A stretch of DNA of 64,000 nt, from assembly GCA_046726195.1 (NCBI GenBank), contig JBKPAB010000013.1, forward strand, positions 9,464-73,463, read 5' to 3'. The stretch's first letter is position 1. Every line of letters begins with the position of its first letter. Below the pieces are notes generated by a model, which was not told the origin of the DNA, did not search any database, and saw only the letters and a program-made list of their open reading frames with translations. Below are positions 8,185-17,605 of this stretch, piece by piece. This DNA comes from Actinomycetota bacterium (GTDB lineage Bacteria; Actinomycetota; Actinomycetes; Propionibacteriales; Propionibacteriaceae). The position numbers and the translations under genes are program-made.

Positions 8185-10058
8185 AGGGCGTTGACCGCGT
8201 GGGCAACGACCACAGCTGCCGCGGCCGACCAGGCCTGCGGACGGCACGCACTCGGGTAGGGAACGGCCCTGCCCTCGCCGCTCCACAGTTCTGGCAGGCG
8301 TTGCTCGAAGGCAACCGAGGCACGGAGCAGACCCTCGATCAGCCCACCCGCATACTCGGCCAGCCCGGCGCGTACCAGACCGGAAATCACGATCGCAGTG
8401 TCGTGCGGCCACACCGAGCCGCAGTGGTAGCTCAGCGGGTCATAACCGGCATCGGTCACTGCCATGGTGCGCAGTCCGAGCCCAGAGTCCAGCGCCGGGC
8501 TCGTCACGTGCCGGGCGATCAGCAGTTCCTCCTCGGCATTTAGGATGCCGGTACCGAGCAGGTGCCCGATGTTGCTCGTGAGCGAATCGACTTGATCTTT
8601 GGCGCCGTCCAGGGCAAGTGCCGGATAGAGATCATCACCCGCCCCGCACCAGAACTGAGCGCGAAACCGGATCGCCAGCTCAGCAGCCCACGACGTGTAG
8701 CGGTCCGCGCCCGGCCGACCGAACGCCTCGAGCAAGCTGGCGCCCGCCATGGCGGCCTCGTACCCGTAACCCTGCGCCTCGCAGATGGCAATAGAACCCT
8801 CGGCGGTCCGACCATTGTGGAAGCGGATCGAGTCGGAGGAGTCTTTCCAGCAGTGGTTCTTAAGGCCGTGTCCGCTAGCGTCGATGTACTCCAGAAAACC
8901 GTCTCCATCGGCATCGCCGTAGTCAGTGAGCCACCCCAGCGCTTTTTCGAGTGCGGGTAGCAGCTCCGTTACCTCCGCGCTCGGCAGGCCGGCCCGCCAT
9001 GCATCGTGCAGCAGGCAGATCCACAACGGCGTCGCGTCGATGCTGCCGTAGTAGATCGGCGGCAACTCAGCCCTACCCAAGCGCTGTGTGCTGTCACGCA
9101 GCTCATGCAGGATCTTGCCTGGCTCCTCAGCGGCGTCGATGTCGATTCGCGTGCCTTGGCGATGGGCCAGGGTGCGCAGTGTGGCTCGCGCCGGTCCGAG
9201 ATCAAGCGGCAACAGCATCCGCGCCGCCCAGATGCTGTCCCTTCCGAACAGTGTGAGATACCACGGCGCCCCAGCGGCGAAGAAGCGGTCTCCGGGTACG
9301 TCGCGTGTCGCCATCCAGAGCCCGTTCAAATCTTCCAGCGACCTAATGAGCCAAGGCCACAAGCGATCGTCGACAGTGCTGGGAGGACTGTCCAGATTCG
9401 TGATCTTGAGTGGCGGTTCGGTGGGCGAGTTGACGGAAAGCTCAGTGCGAGTGTCTCGGATGCTCAGCCGCCATGCCGGGCGGACATCCCCGTGGGCCGG
9501 CACGCTGGCCTGCCAGTGCAAGATCAGCCGGGAATGATCGTCAGATAGCACCAGATTGGCACCCTCAGCCAGTAGCGACAGTGCCAGGTTTTCGTGTACC
9601 CAGCCGATATGGTCGCCGGACGGTTCCGGAAAGGTACGCGATGGCGTCGGCGTACCCGCCCTGATCGAGCACAGCGCCGCGAAATCGCAGGCCAGCTCAA
9701 CCCTGACATCGACTTCTGTTGCGACTTTGAGGCGTGAGCTGATCATGAGTCTCTCCGCAAGCCGCCCAGGCTCAACGAGGCGGAACCAATCAAGCCGCAG
9801 CCGCGGATCGCCGTTGGCGGTGCGTAGCAGGAAGATGAACTCGGCTCGATTACCCTCCACAAACGTGGCGAGGTGCTCGCCTGGCTGGCCATTGACCGTA
9901 ACAGCGAGCCCACTCAGCACGCGTACGTCGGCGTGAATCAAGCCCTGTACCGTCTGCCCATCGGGCGAGGTGGTTATCTGGCCGGTGCGTTGTGAGAGCA
10001 GTTGCGTGGGTGCAGCGAGCACCGTGACGAGGTCGTGCAGGTGTGGCTGATGCCTCAT
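8181..10058 (-). CDS. Amylo-alpha-1,6-glucosidase / glycogen-debranching-like glycoside hydrolase
   Basis: AGAPWYLTLFGRDS, EEPGKILHE, YYGSIDATPL, WKDS, YHCGSVWPHD, RLPEL, QAWS motifs. Confidence 0.85.
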   Translation of the reverse strand: MRHQPHLHDLVTVLAAPTQLLSQRTGQITTSPDGQTVQGLIHADVRVLSGLAVTVNGQPGEHLATFVEGNRAEFIFLLRTANGDPRLRLDWFRLVEPGRLAERLMISSRLKVATEVDVRVELACDFAALCSIRAGTPTPSRTFPEPSGDHIGWVHENLALSLLAEGANLVLSDDHSRLILHWQASVPAHGDVRPAWRLSIRDTRTELSVNSPTEPPLKITNLDSPPSTVDDRLWPWLIRSLEDLNGLWMATRDVPGDRFFAAGAPWYLTLFGRDSIWAARMLLPLDLGPARATLRTLAHRQGTRIDIDAAEEPGKILHELRDSTQRLGRAELPPIYYGSIDATPLWICLLHDAWRAGLPSAEVTELLPALEKALGWLTDYGDADGDGFLEYIDASGHGLKNHCWKDSSDSIRFHNGRTAEGSIAICEAQGYGYEAAMAGASLLEAFGRPGADRYTSWAAELAIRFRAQFWCGAGDDLYPALALDGAKDQVDSLTSNIGHLLGTGILNAEEELLIARHVTSPALDSGLGLRTMAVTDAGYDPLSYHCGSVWPHDTAIVISGLVRAGLAEYAGGLIEGLLRASVAFEQRLPELWSGEGRAVPYPSACRPQAWSAAAAVVVAHAVNAL

Positions 10059-10074
10059 GTGCCCTGGGCTCCTT

Positions 10075-10124
10075 ATGTGCCCCGAGCTTGTCGAAGGGCA
10101 CGCTTCGAGAGGCTCAGCGGGCAT
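10075..10124. repeat. REP-like family A doublet
   Basis: GTGCCCCGAGCTTGTCGAAGGGCAC followed by CTTCGAGAGGCTCAG in inverted orientation. Confidence 0.8.
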
Positions 10125-10306
10125 TCGTTCTCGCTGCGGCAGGCTGTGGTTCCTCACTTGCTGGTTCCTCACTGCGAAACTAGCGCGTGGTCTGCTTCCA
10201 CGACCTGGACCTCAACCCGCCCCGTCGCGCCGTCGAAGGTTTGCGGGTCCGTCCGCGTACACTCCCTTGACGAACTGTCGGGCGCGGGGTGTAAGTTAGC
10301 TCTCGT

Positions 10307-10322
10307 TCGAACAGGCGTTCTA
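10307..10322. promoter_or_regulatory. LexA (SOS) box, one mismatch, downstream of a TTGACG / TG-TAAGTT promoter candidate
   Basis: TCGAAC-AGGC-GTTCTA versus the actinobacterial consensus TCGAAC-N4-GTTCGA. Confidence 0.7.
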
Positions 10323-10502
10323 AAAGACTACGCCCTCGCATGGCGGTCCCACTGAGCGCTTGGCCGACATCACGGTGCGTTCGCGGCGCGCAGTGATGGC
10401 TTGCCTCGATGCGGCCCTAGCTCGATGCAGATGGACCTCGACCCCATCTGCATCGAGGTTGCCGCTTCGGGTTTCGTATACATCGACCAGAGGACCAATT
10501 TG

Positions 10503-10907
10503 ATGGCCAGCAACGACGACCTGCAGCGCGCCCGCAGCTCCCTTGCCGAAGCCGAGCTGGCGCAACGGCCGAGTGATCGCTACCTGGCTGCCCACCTTGC
10601 GGCGTTGCGCGTGGTCGCGATCGTGCTGAGGCACCGGGCACCTCATGGCCTGAGCCGGATAGACGGCCGGCCGCGCAACGCCTGGCGGATGCTTGCAGAG
10701 GTAGCGCCGGAACTTGCCGAGTGGGCGGCCTTCTTCGCAGCCACTGAGGCCAAGCGAGATGCCATCCGCGATGGTGCCATCTCGATTGTCAGTGTCCGCG
10801 AGGCGGACGACCTGGTCAGAGACGCGAGAGCCTTCCTGCGTTTGGTGGAGCGGGCTGTCGGATTCAGCGCAGCGCGGCAGCGCCCAATCGACGTGGCGTC
10901 CCGGTAG
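10503..10907 (+). CDS. SAV_6107-like HEPN-domain protein
   Basis: RYLAAHLAALR..A.VL, RPRNAW.ML.EVAPELAEWAAFFAA, READDLVRDA pattern; start could be further upstream (10401 in the ORF track). Confidence 0.75.
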   Translation: MASNDDLQRARSSLAEAELAQRPSDRYLAAHLAALRVVAIVLRHRAPHGLSRIDGRPRNAWRMLAEVAPELAEWAAFFAATEAKRDAIRDGAISIVSVREADDLVRDARAFLRLVERAVGFSAARQRPIDVASR

Positions 10908-10928
10908 CCGGCACGGGCTGCTGTAGTA

Positions 10929-10944
10929 TCGAACAAATGTTCGA
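10929..10944. promoter_or_regulatory. LexA (SOS) box, perfect
   Basis: TCGAACAAATGTTCGA, 17 bp upstream of the dinB start. Confidence 0.92.
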
Positions 10945-10961
10945 TAGGAGGCAGTCGCGAG

Positions 10962-12128
10962 ATGTCACATCGCATAGTGATGCACGTTGACATGGATGCG
11001 TTTTATGCCTCCGTCGAGCTGCGCCGACGACCGGAGCTGCGGGGGAAGGCGGTGATCGTCGGCGGCTCGCCACGCGGTGTGGTTCTTTCGGCGTCCTACG
11101 AAGCCAGGGCTCGGGGCGTACGGTCCGGTATGCCGTCGAGTGAGGCGAGGCGGCTGGCCCCCCATGCGACTTTCCTGGCACCTGATTTCGATAGCTATAC
11201 CGCGGTATCCAAAGCGATCGTCGCAGTGTTTCGTTCAGTGAGCTCGGTGGTCGAGTCCGCCTCGATCGACGAGGCATTCCTGGACCTGACCGGCGCGGTG
11301 AGGATGTTCGGCAGTCCGGTGCAGATCGGCGAGTACGTCCGCGCTGTCGTTTCTGACGAACAACAGATCACCTGCTCGGTCGGCATAGGTCCCACCAAGT
11401 TCGTCGCCAAGGTGGCCTCACGGGCAGCAAAGCCCGACGGACTCATCGAAGTCCCACCGGGTCACGTCGTGGCGTTTCTGCATCCACTTCCGGTAGAGGC
11501 GATGTGGGGAGTGGGACATGCCACCGCCCAGAAGTTGCACCGTCTTGGCATCTTCACTGTTGGTGAGCTTGCGCATACTCCGCGAGCCACATTGCGCCCG
11601 GCCTTTGGACCGCACGCTAGCGGCATGCTCAGCGAGCTCGCGTGGGGTAGAGACCGTCGCCGGGTTACCCCGCAGGAGCCGGAGCATAGCGTCGGCTCGC
11701 AGGAGACCTTCGGCAGGGACACCGACGATCCCGATACCATCCGCCGCGAGCTGCTCCGGATGGCGGACCGCACCGCTCGCCGGATGCGCAAACAGCGCAT
11801 GCTGGGCCGCACCATCACGATTTCGGTGAGGTTCGCTGATTTCACCGAGCTCACCCGATCTACCACGATGACGGCACCCACCGACGTCACTGACGAGATC
11901 TACGCCCAGGCGCTGCAGCTGTACCAGCGGCTGGCGCTCGGGAGGGCCCGGATCCGGCGCGTCGGGGTACGGGTCGAGCATCTCGTTGACAGGCATCGGG
12001 CTTACCGGCAACCACAGCTGACTGACCCGGAACGCGGCTGGCGGGAGGCCGATCTTGCAATCGATGCGGTTGTCGGAAAATTCGGGTCGGCGGCGGTTCA
12101 GAGAGCAGTGCTGACGCGCCGTTTCTAG
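10962..12128 (+). CDS. dinB: DNA polymerase IV (Y family)
   Basis: HVDMDAFYASVE, SASYEAR..GV.SGM, SIDEAFLD; upstream SOS box. Confidence 0.95.
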   Translation: MSHRIVMHVDMDAFYASVELRRRPELRGKAVIVGGSPRGVVLSASYEARARGVRSGMPSSEARRLAPHATFLAPDFDSYTAVSKAIVAVFRSVSSVVESASIDEAFLDLTGAVRMFGSPVQIGEYVRAVVSDEQQITCSVGIGPTKFVAKVASRAAKPDGLIEVPPGHVVAFLHPLPVEAMWGVGHATAQKLHRLGIFTVGELAHTPRATLRPAFGPHASGMLSELAWGRDRRRVTPQEPEHSVGSQETFGRDTDDPDTIRRELLRMADRTARRMRKQRMLGRTITISVRFADFTELTRSTTMTAPTDVTDEIYAQALQLYQRLALGRARIRRVGVRVEHLVDRHRAYRQPQLTDPERGWREADLAIDAVVGKFGSAAVQRAVLTRRF

Positions 12129-12356
12129 CCAGCTGTGAAGGCTGGCAATGGCAGTTTGGGTGTTTCCCATACCCACCGCCGCAACCTAGACTTGGAGCCA
12201 CATCGGCGAGCTAAGGACGAGGCCCGATGCCGTCAACAGGGTGCACAAGTCACACGTCAGTGGGTATTCGGTATCCGAAGGGATCGGATCTACTGCTTGA
12301 GTGTGAGGGGCGTATCATGACGGCACGCGTACGACGAGACCTTTGGGAGGTGGCCC

Positions 12357-12749
12357 GTGGCCCTCTCAGATGAGGAGCAGCGGCTTCTCGAGCAGATGGA
12401 AGCCGCGCTCGCGGCCGAGGACCCAAAGCTGGTCAACGCACTCCGTGGGACTAGCGCCAGGCGAGTTCATCGGCGTCGCGCGGCTCTTGCTGGCGTAGGG
12501 TTTTTTATCGGCCTCGGCCTCCTCATCGCAGGTATCTCGATCAACCCATTCCTGAGTGTCCTTGGCTTCGTGATCATGGTCGCAGCAGCGGTGACGGCCA
12601 TCTACTCCTGGCAACACGTTGGCGGCAGTGCCGATGCCGGCCCACGCGATCGGGCGAAAACCTCGCAGGGATCCCGTGCCCACGACGGGCAAGGTTTCAT
12701 GGACAAGATGGAGGAGCGCTGGCGTCGTCGCCGCGACGAAGGGTTGTGA
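12357..12749 (+). CDS. DUF3040-like membrane protein
   Basis: LSDEEQRLLEQMEAALAAEDPKL, two TM helices, C-terminal FMDKMEERWRRRRD; GGGAGG RBS. Confidence 0.85.
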   Translation: MALSDEEQRLLEQMEAALAAEDPKLVNALRGTSARRVHRRRAALAGVGFFIGLGLLIAGISINPFLSVLGFVIMVAAAVTAIYSWQHVGGSADAGPRDRAKTSQGSRAHDGQGFMDKMEERWRRRRDEGL

Positions 12750-12756
12750 GGAGGAA

Positions 12757-12879
12757 ATGCGTGCTGAGCCTGTCGAAGCACCAGAGTCCTTACGCAGATG
12801 CGTGCTGAGCCTGTCGAAGCACCAGAGTCCTTACGCAAATGGGTGCTGAGCCTGTCGAAGCACGCGAGTCCTTACGCAC
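12757..12879. repeat. Three tandem 41-bp units, each carrying a family A REP core
   Basis: ATGCGTGCTGAGCCTGTCGAAGCACCAGAGTCCTTACGCAR at 12757, 12798 and 12839 (third copy slightly diverged). Confidence 0.95.
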
Positions 12880-12916
12880 GGAGTCGCCTCCGCGACGGGC
12901 TTGACCCGCTCACCCG

Positions 12917-15145
12917 CTAGGGCTCCTTAGGCGTACGCCTAAACAGTGAACGTGGGAGCAGCAGCGCCATAGTTTTGCGCCGCCAATCGGTCGGGGCGGC
13001 CACTCCACGTCGGATCTCAGATGTCATCGTGGGTAGCTCCTCCACAGCGCCGCCATCGTCAAAAGCGCGCGCGTAGCGCGATCGCTCGACCAGGGTGGCG
13101 ACCCGACTCATCGACTCAGACTCCTCCTCCTCGAGCCGCTCCGCGACCTCGCGGCCAATGGTGTGCGGCGAGCCTTCCGGCCAGGACCCGCCGTAGTCCA
13201 CGACGGTGTCCCTGATCTCGGCCCATGCAGACTCCACCTGCTCCTCAGCCGGCCCGGTCCCGTTCAGCCGGCTACTGCGCCGGCGCACTCGTATTGTCGC
13301 CGGGGCCGCCAGGATCAGCAGCACCACTAGGGCAATGCCGATCCAGAGCAGCGTGCGCCCCAACCCGGCGCCGGTTGACTGGCCGGGGACGTTTGGATGC
13401 ACGCTTGGCGCGAGCGATTGCTCGGCGCCCGGTGACGATTGGCTGTCCGTCGCCTCCGAGGACGGGTTTGCTGAAGGATCACTGTCGGATGGTGTGTCCT
13501 GTACCGTCCACGGCGGCGCCGTGCCAGTCACGCTGGCCGGCGTCGGTTCGAATCGCACCCAGCCGTAGTTGGCAAAATACAGCTCTGGCCAGGCATGCAT
13601 GTCGCGGATCGAGACCTTCCAAACTGGTCCGTCCTGTTCACCCGGCAGGAAGCCGACCGACACTCGGGATGGGATGCCGACCACCCGCGCCATCATCGCC
13701 ATGGCAGAGGCGAACTGCTCGCAATAACCCCTGTGATCTCGAAGCAGGAAGTTCTGCATCGCCTCATAACCGCTCCCAGGCAGCGGCTCAGTGCTGTAGG
13801 TGAACTGACTGCTGCGGAAGTAGGCCTGGATTGCGGCTGCCTTTTCTGCGGCCGTGTCGGCATCCGCAGTAATCCGATTGGTCAGCTGAACCAGGGAGTC
13901 CGGAATGTCGGACGGAATGCTAGCCGTCACTGCAGCGTCTGCGGGTGTGCCGGCAACAGCCTTCCTTAGGTCTTCGATGTCGGGCTCGATGTCGACACTC
14001 TCGACGGTGTAGCTAAGCCGGCGCAGATCCTGAGCGCGGTTGTCGGCATTCACCACGGTCAGGGAATTGGCGTCGTATTGCCAATCTCCCGGCGCGTCAA
14101 AACTTCGCGGCGCGTACGGCAACGGCAGGTATTGGGAGGCGAAGTCCAACACGTTGATCGTGGTGTGACGCTTCTCAGCAGGTTCACCGCTCAGACCAGG
14201 AATGGTTGGCAGGCTCTGTCCGGTGTTCAGCCGTATCTGGACATTGCTCCAACCGTTCGCACTCAGCTGGGGCAGCGATGCCAGGCGCAGGTAGACCCCA
14301 TCCGGAGCTGTGGTCTGGTACTCGATGACATCGCGATCTTCTGGCTGGTTGAGATTGCGACGCAGATCCAGCGTGGGATCGGTCAATTGCAGAGGGCCGC
14401 GGCCTCCAGGCCCGCTACCGAAACCGATCCCCGGCAAAGCCAAAGTCGGCAGGGCGAAACCGAGGATGATGGTCGCGACGATGGCAAGAACCCCAAGATA
14501 GCCGGCTGCGCGCCAGACGACCGGAGTTGCCGCGCCGAAGCCCTCCGCCGAGTCCCGGGAGAGCCCACGCGTCCAACGCGCCGTGGTGTTGAGGCCTTCG
14601 GCGATCAAGATCGCCAGATACCCGATGGCGATGCAGCAGAAGCTGATCACCCCGGTGTCGGCGCCCAAGCCAAGGGCTGGCACCAGGAACAGTGTGGCCG
14701 GCGGTGCAATGGCCCAGGCAGGGCGCCCAATGCCGGAGACCAATAGATCCGTCATGATCAGGATCATCCCGATCACGGTTACGAAGATCAGCGTCACGCC
14801 GTCGTTGGGATCCATGGGAGATGCCTGGGTGCGCATGTGCTCGATACCGGCCGCCCAGAGCGCGGGATAGTCCTCAAACCACGGAGTGCCTAGCGCACTC
14901 ATTCCAGCACTTAGAGTCAGGCTCAGGCCCACAGAGTAGATCAGCAAGATCACGATCTGGGCGGTGAGCACTGCACTGCTGGCCAACCCGGCGCGTCGCA
15001 GTCCCAGGCTGGCAGCGCCAATCGCGATGATCAAGACCCAGCTGAGGCCGAGAAAGCTGGACTTCTGAGTCAGCGGGGTCACGGTGAAGCATGCCAGCAT
15101 CACCGAAATGATCACTGCGACGGTGCTGCGGTCGGTGGCGCGCAC
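12917..15145 (-). CDS. Membrane-anchored transglutaminase-like protein (DUF3488/TgpA type)
   Basis: Multi-TM N-terminus; GYCEQFASAMA (Cys), HAWPELYF (His), GWVRFEPT; GTG start follows the DUF58 stop. Confidence 0.88.
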   Translation of the reverse strand: MRATDRSTVAVIISVMLACFTVTPLTQKSSFLGLSWVLIIAIGAASLGLRRAGLASSAVLTAQIVILLIYSVGLSLTLSAGMSALGTPWFEDYPALWAAGIEHMRTQASPMDPNDGVTLIFVTVIGMILIMTDLLVSGIGRPAWAIAPPATLFLVPALGLGADTGVISFCCIAIGYLAILIAEGLNTTARWTRGLSRDSAEGFGAATPVVWRAAGYLGVLAIVATIILGFALPTLALPGIGFGSGPGGRGPLQLTDPTLDLRRNLNQPEDRDVIEYQTTAPDGVYLRLASLPQLSANGWSNVQIRLNTGQSLPTIPGLSGEPAEKRHTTINVLDFASQYLPLPYAPRSFDAPGDWQYDANSLTVVNADNRAQDLRRLSYTVESVDIEPDIEDLRKAVAGTPADAAVTASIPSDIPDSLVQLTNRITADADTAAEKAAAIQAYFRSSQFTYSTEPLPGSGYEAMQNFLLRDHRGYCEQFASAMAMMARVVGIPSRVSVGFLPGEQDGPVWKVSIRDMHAWPELYFANYGWVRFEPTPASVTGTAPPWTVQDTPSDSDPSANPSSEATDSQSSPGAEQSLAPSVHPNVPGQSTGAGLGRTLLWIGIALVVLLILAAPATIRVRRRSSRLNGTGPAEEQVESAWAEIRDTVVDYGGSWPEGSPHTIGREVAERLEEEESESMSRVATLVERSRYARAFDDGGAVEELPTMTSEIRRGVAAPTDWRRKTMALLLPRSLFRRTPKEP

Positions 15146-15146
15146 G

Positions 15147-16409
15147 TCACGCCGCCGTGTTGAGCTGTTCGAGGGCGGACCATGCATCGGCCACACCCAT
15201 ACCGCGTGGTACGTCGATGACCCGCCACTGGTTGTCACGCAGGATCTGCCCGGACAGCTCGTGCTGTGCCCGCTGCTGCTCGCTGGCAGGTTCGTCGCCA
15301 AAGGTGTCGACATCGAGCAGCATGGCCAGGCCCTGCGCCCGATTACGTCGTACCCGGAGCAGAGAGTTAGCATCTTGTGCGCTCAGCCGACCCATGATCG
15401 CTATCACCAACTGCCCGGGCCGGTCCACCGTGGCGGATTCCACCGCGTAATGAATCATGGTCGTTGGTCGCGGTCTCAAGTCGGTCAGCCGGCTGATCAC
15501 CAGTTCCTGGGACACTGAGCTGTGTTGGCCCATCGAGCCGCTGATGTGCAAGGGTCCATCGGCTTCATAGATCTCGATACTGAAACCATCGTCCAGAAAA
15601 TGGATCGCAATCGAGGCGGCTGCCGATATTGCCCACTCCAAGGAGTTCTGCATGCCGCGGCCTGCGTGGGCGCTGGCTCGGGAGTCCAGCACGATGCTTG
15701 CGCTCGGGTCCCACGCCTGCTCCTCGCGTCGCACCATGAGATCGCCCCAACGTGCCGTGGAGCGCCAGTGAATTCGCCGTACGTCGTCGCCTTGCCGGTA
15801 TTCCCGGACCAACGCGTCGTCCTGGCCCACCACGCCAATTCGGTGTGGCCGACTCTCACCAGTGTTGCCGCCGCCACCTATGGTGCGGATTGTCGGTAGC
15901 GGGACCACGCGTGGCGTCACCATGACCTCGCTCTTCGCCACGAACTGCCGATCGAGCTGCACGAGACCAAAAGGATCAACAGTCCGTACCGTAAGTGGTC
16001 CGGTGGAAAAGCGACCGCGCACCCGTCCCAGGAGCGGATACTCCACGACCCGACGCCAGCGCACATCCGCCCGATCAACCAAAAAACGCGGCTGACTGCC
16101 CAGCTCACGCGGAACTGCGTCCTCCAAGAGCAGAATGCCCGCCGGGAGTCTGCCATCCTGGCCCAGGATGATCTGGCCTTTCATCGGTGAGCCGAGTGGC
16201 ACTTGAGCGGGTTCAATAGAGCGCTCGCACGACATCCGGAGCCGGGCTCGGGCAACCAGAATCGCGGCAATAACGGGCAAGGCGGCCAGCAGCAAGCCGA
16301 GTCGCATGACATCGCGCTGGCCAGCTGCCATCGCAACCAGCATGACGATGAGGCCGACCACGAGGAAGGACCGCCCTCGGGGCGTGAGCAGTCGCCACGA
16401 ACGCGACAC
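15147..16409 (-). CDS. DUF58-domain protein
   Basis: VREYRQGDDVRRIHWRSTAR..LMVR motif; between MoxR and transglutaminase genes. Confidence 0.9.
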   Translation of the reverse strand: MSRSWRLLTPRGRSFLVVGLIVMLVAMAAGQRDVMRLGLLLAALPVIAAILVARARLRMSCERSIEPAQVPLGSPMKGQIILGQDGRLPAGILLLEDAVPRELGSQPRFLVDRADVRWRRVVEYPLLGRVRGRFSTGPLTVRTVDPFGLVQLDRQFVAKSEVMVTPRVVPLPTIRTIGGGGNTGESRPHRIGVVGQDDALVREYRQGDDVRRIHWRSTARWGDLMVRREEQAWDPSASIVLDSRASAHAGRGMQNSLEWAISAAASIAIHFLDDGFSIEIYEADGPLHISGSMGQHSSVSQELVISRLTDLRPRPTTMIHYAVESATVDRPGQLVIAIMGRLSAQDANSLLRVRRNRAQGLAMLLDVDTFGDEPASEQQRAQHELSGQILRDNQWRVIDVPRGMGVADAWSALEQLNTAA

Positions 16410-16414
16410 GATCG

Positions 16415-17416
16415 CTATCTCCGGTCAGGAATGTGCACAGAGTGGATGGCTTGGGCGATGACGTCGGTCACCGTACGGCGGGCGAGCTGGGCATCAGTGG
16501 AGGGCAACACCCGATGTGCCAGCACGGATACTCCCAGTGCCGCAACGTCGTCCGGGGTCACGTAGTCACGGCCCGACAGCGCCGCGAAGGCGCGGCTGGC
16601 GCGGAGCAGCTGCAGCGTCGCGCGCGGCGAGGCGCCAAGCCGAAGATCGCGCGAGTTACGCGTGGCGTTAACCACCTGGACGATGTAGTGCTTGACAGCG
16701 GGACTGACGTAAACCCTTTTGACCGCCTCGATCAGCCCGCGGATGGTGGCGCCATCGGTCACCGGTTGTAGCGCCGCGAGGGGATCGGAGGACCCATGGG
16801 ACTCCAGCATGTCCAGCTCGGAATTCGGGGTCGGGTACCCCATCTGGATTCGCGCCATGAACCGATCCCGCTGCGCTTCAGGCAGCGGATAGGTGCCCTC
16901 CATCTCGATCGGGTTCTGGGTGGCGACCACCATAAACGGCGATTCCAGCCGATAGGTCGTGCCATCGACACTGACTTGGCGTTCCTCCATTGATTCCAGA
17001 AGGGCCGACTGCGTCTTTGGCGAGGCCCGGTTGATCTCGTCTCCAACCACGATGTTGGCAAATATGCCGCCAGGCTTGAACTCGAAGTCGCGGGTTTCCT
17101 GGTTGAACACCGAGACGCCTGTGATGTCCGACGGCAACAGGTCGGGGGTGAACTGAACCCGGCGTACCGAGCATGCGATGGAACGGCCCAGTGCCTTGGC
17201 GAGCATGGTCTTGCCGACCCCGGGAACGTCCTCGACCAACAGGTGGCCCTCAGCGAGCAGTACCACTAACGCGAGGTCGATGGAACTGCGTTTGCCCTCG
17301 ATGACGCTCTCCATCGCGTGCCGTACCCGGCCCATGACCTGGACCACGTCGCCGAGGGAGTAGCCCGATTCTGGGCGCCGCCCGATCTCGGTGGACTTCT
17401 CGTAGCCCAGGGACAT
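16415..17416 (-). CDS. MoxR-family AAA+ ATPase
   Basis: EDVPGVGKT Walker A, QFTPDLLPSDITG, DEINRASPKTQSALLE, TYPLPEAQRDRF. Confidence 0.93.
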   Translation of the reverse strand: MSLGYEKSTEIGRRPESGYSLGDVVQVMGRVRHAMESVIEGKRSSIDLALVVLLAEGHLLVEDVPGVGKTMLAKALGRSIACSVRRVQFTPDLLPSDITGVSVFNQETRDFEFKPGGIFANIVVGDEINRASPKTQSALLESMEERQVSVDGTTYRLESPFMVVATQNPIEMEGTYPLPEAQRDRFMARIQMGYPTPNSELDMLESHGSSDPLAALQPVTDGATIRGLIEAVKRVYVSPAVKHYIVQVVNATRNSRDLRLGASPRATLQLLRASRAFAALSGRDYVTPDDVAALGVSVLAHRVLPSTDAQLARRTVTDVIAQAIHSVHIPDRR

Positions 17417-17533
17417 GTGAAAACCCTACGTGTTCTCTTCCAGTCCTGACACCATGCCCGCGTGGCGATGGCCGCTGCGTCAATGTATGCCAACACGCCG
17501 AAGCCAAACAGCTAGGTCGATTTGACGTGCTAA

Positions 17534-17589
17534 GTGGGGAAAAGTGGGTTATAGTGGCGCAAAGTGGAGCAAGGTGGTCAATAGGTGGA
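17534..17589 (+). promoter_or_regulatory. MraZ operator array
   Basis: GTGG boxes at 17534, 17544, 17554, 17564, 17574 (10-bp period) and 17585, upstream of mraZ. Confidence 0.8.
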
Positions 17590-17605
17590 GTGAGGAAGGT
17601 GGTCC

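Noticed and set aside
12757-12879. Possible CRISPR array
   Set aside because: The sequence between palindromic cores is repeated, not unique, and there are no cas genes in the window.
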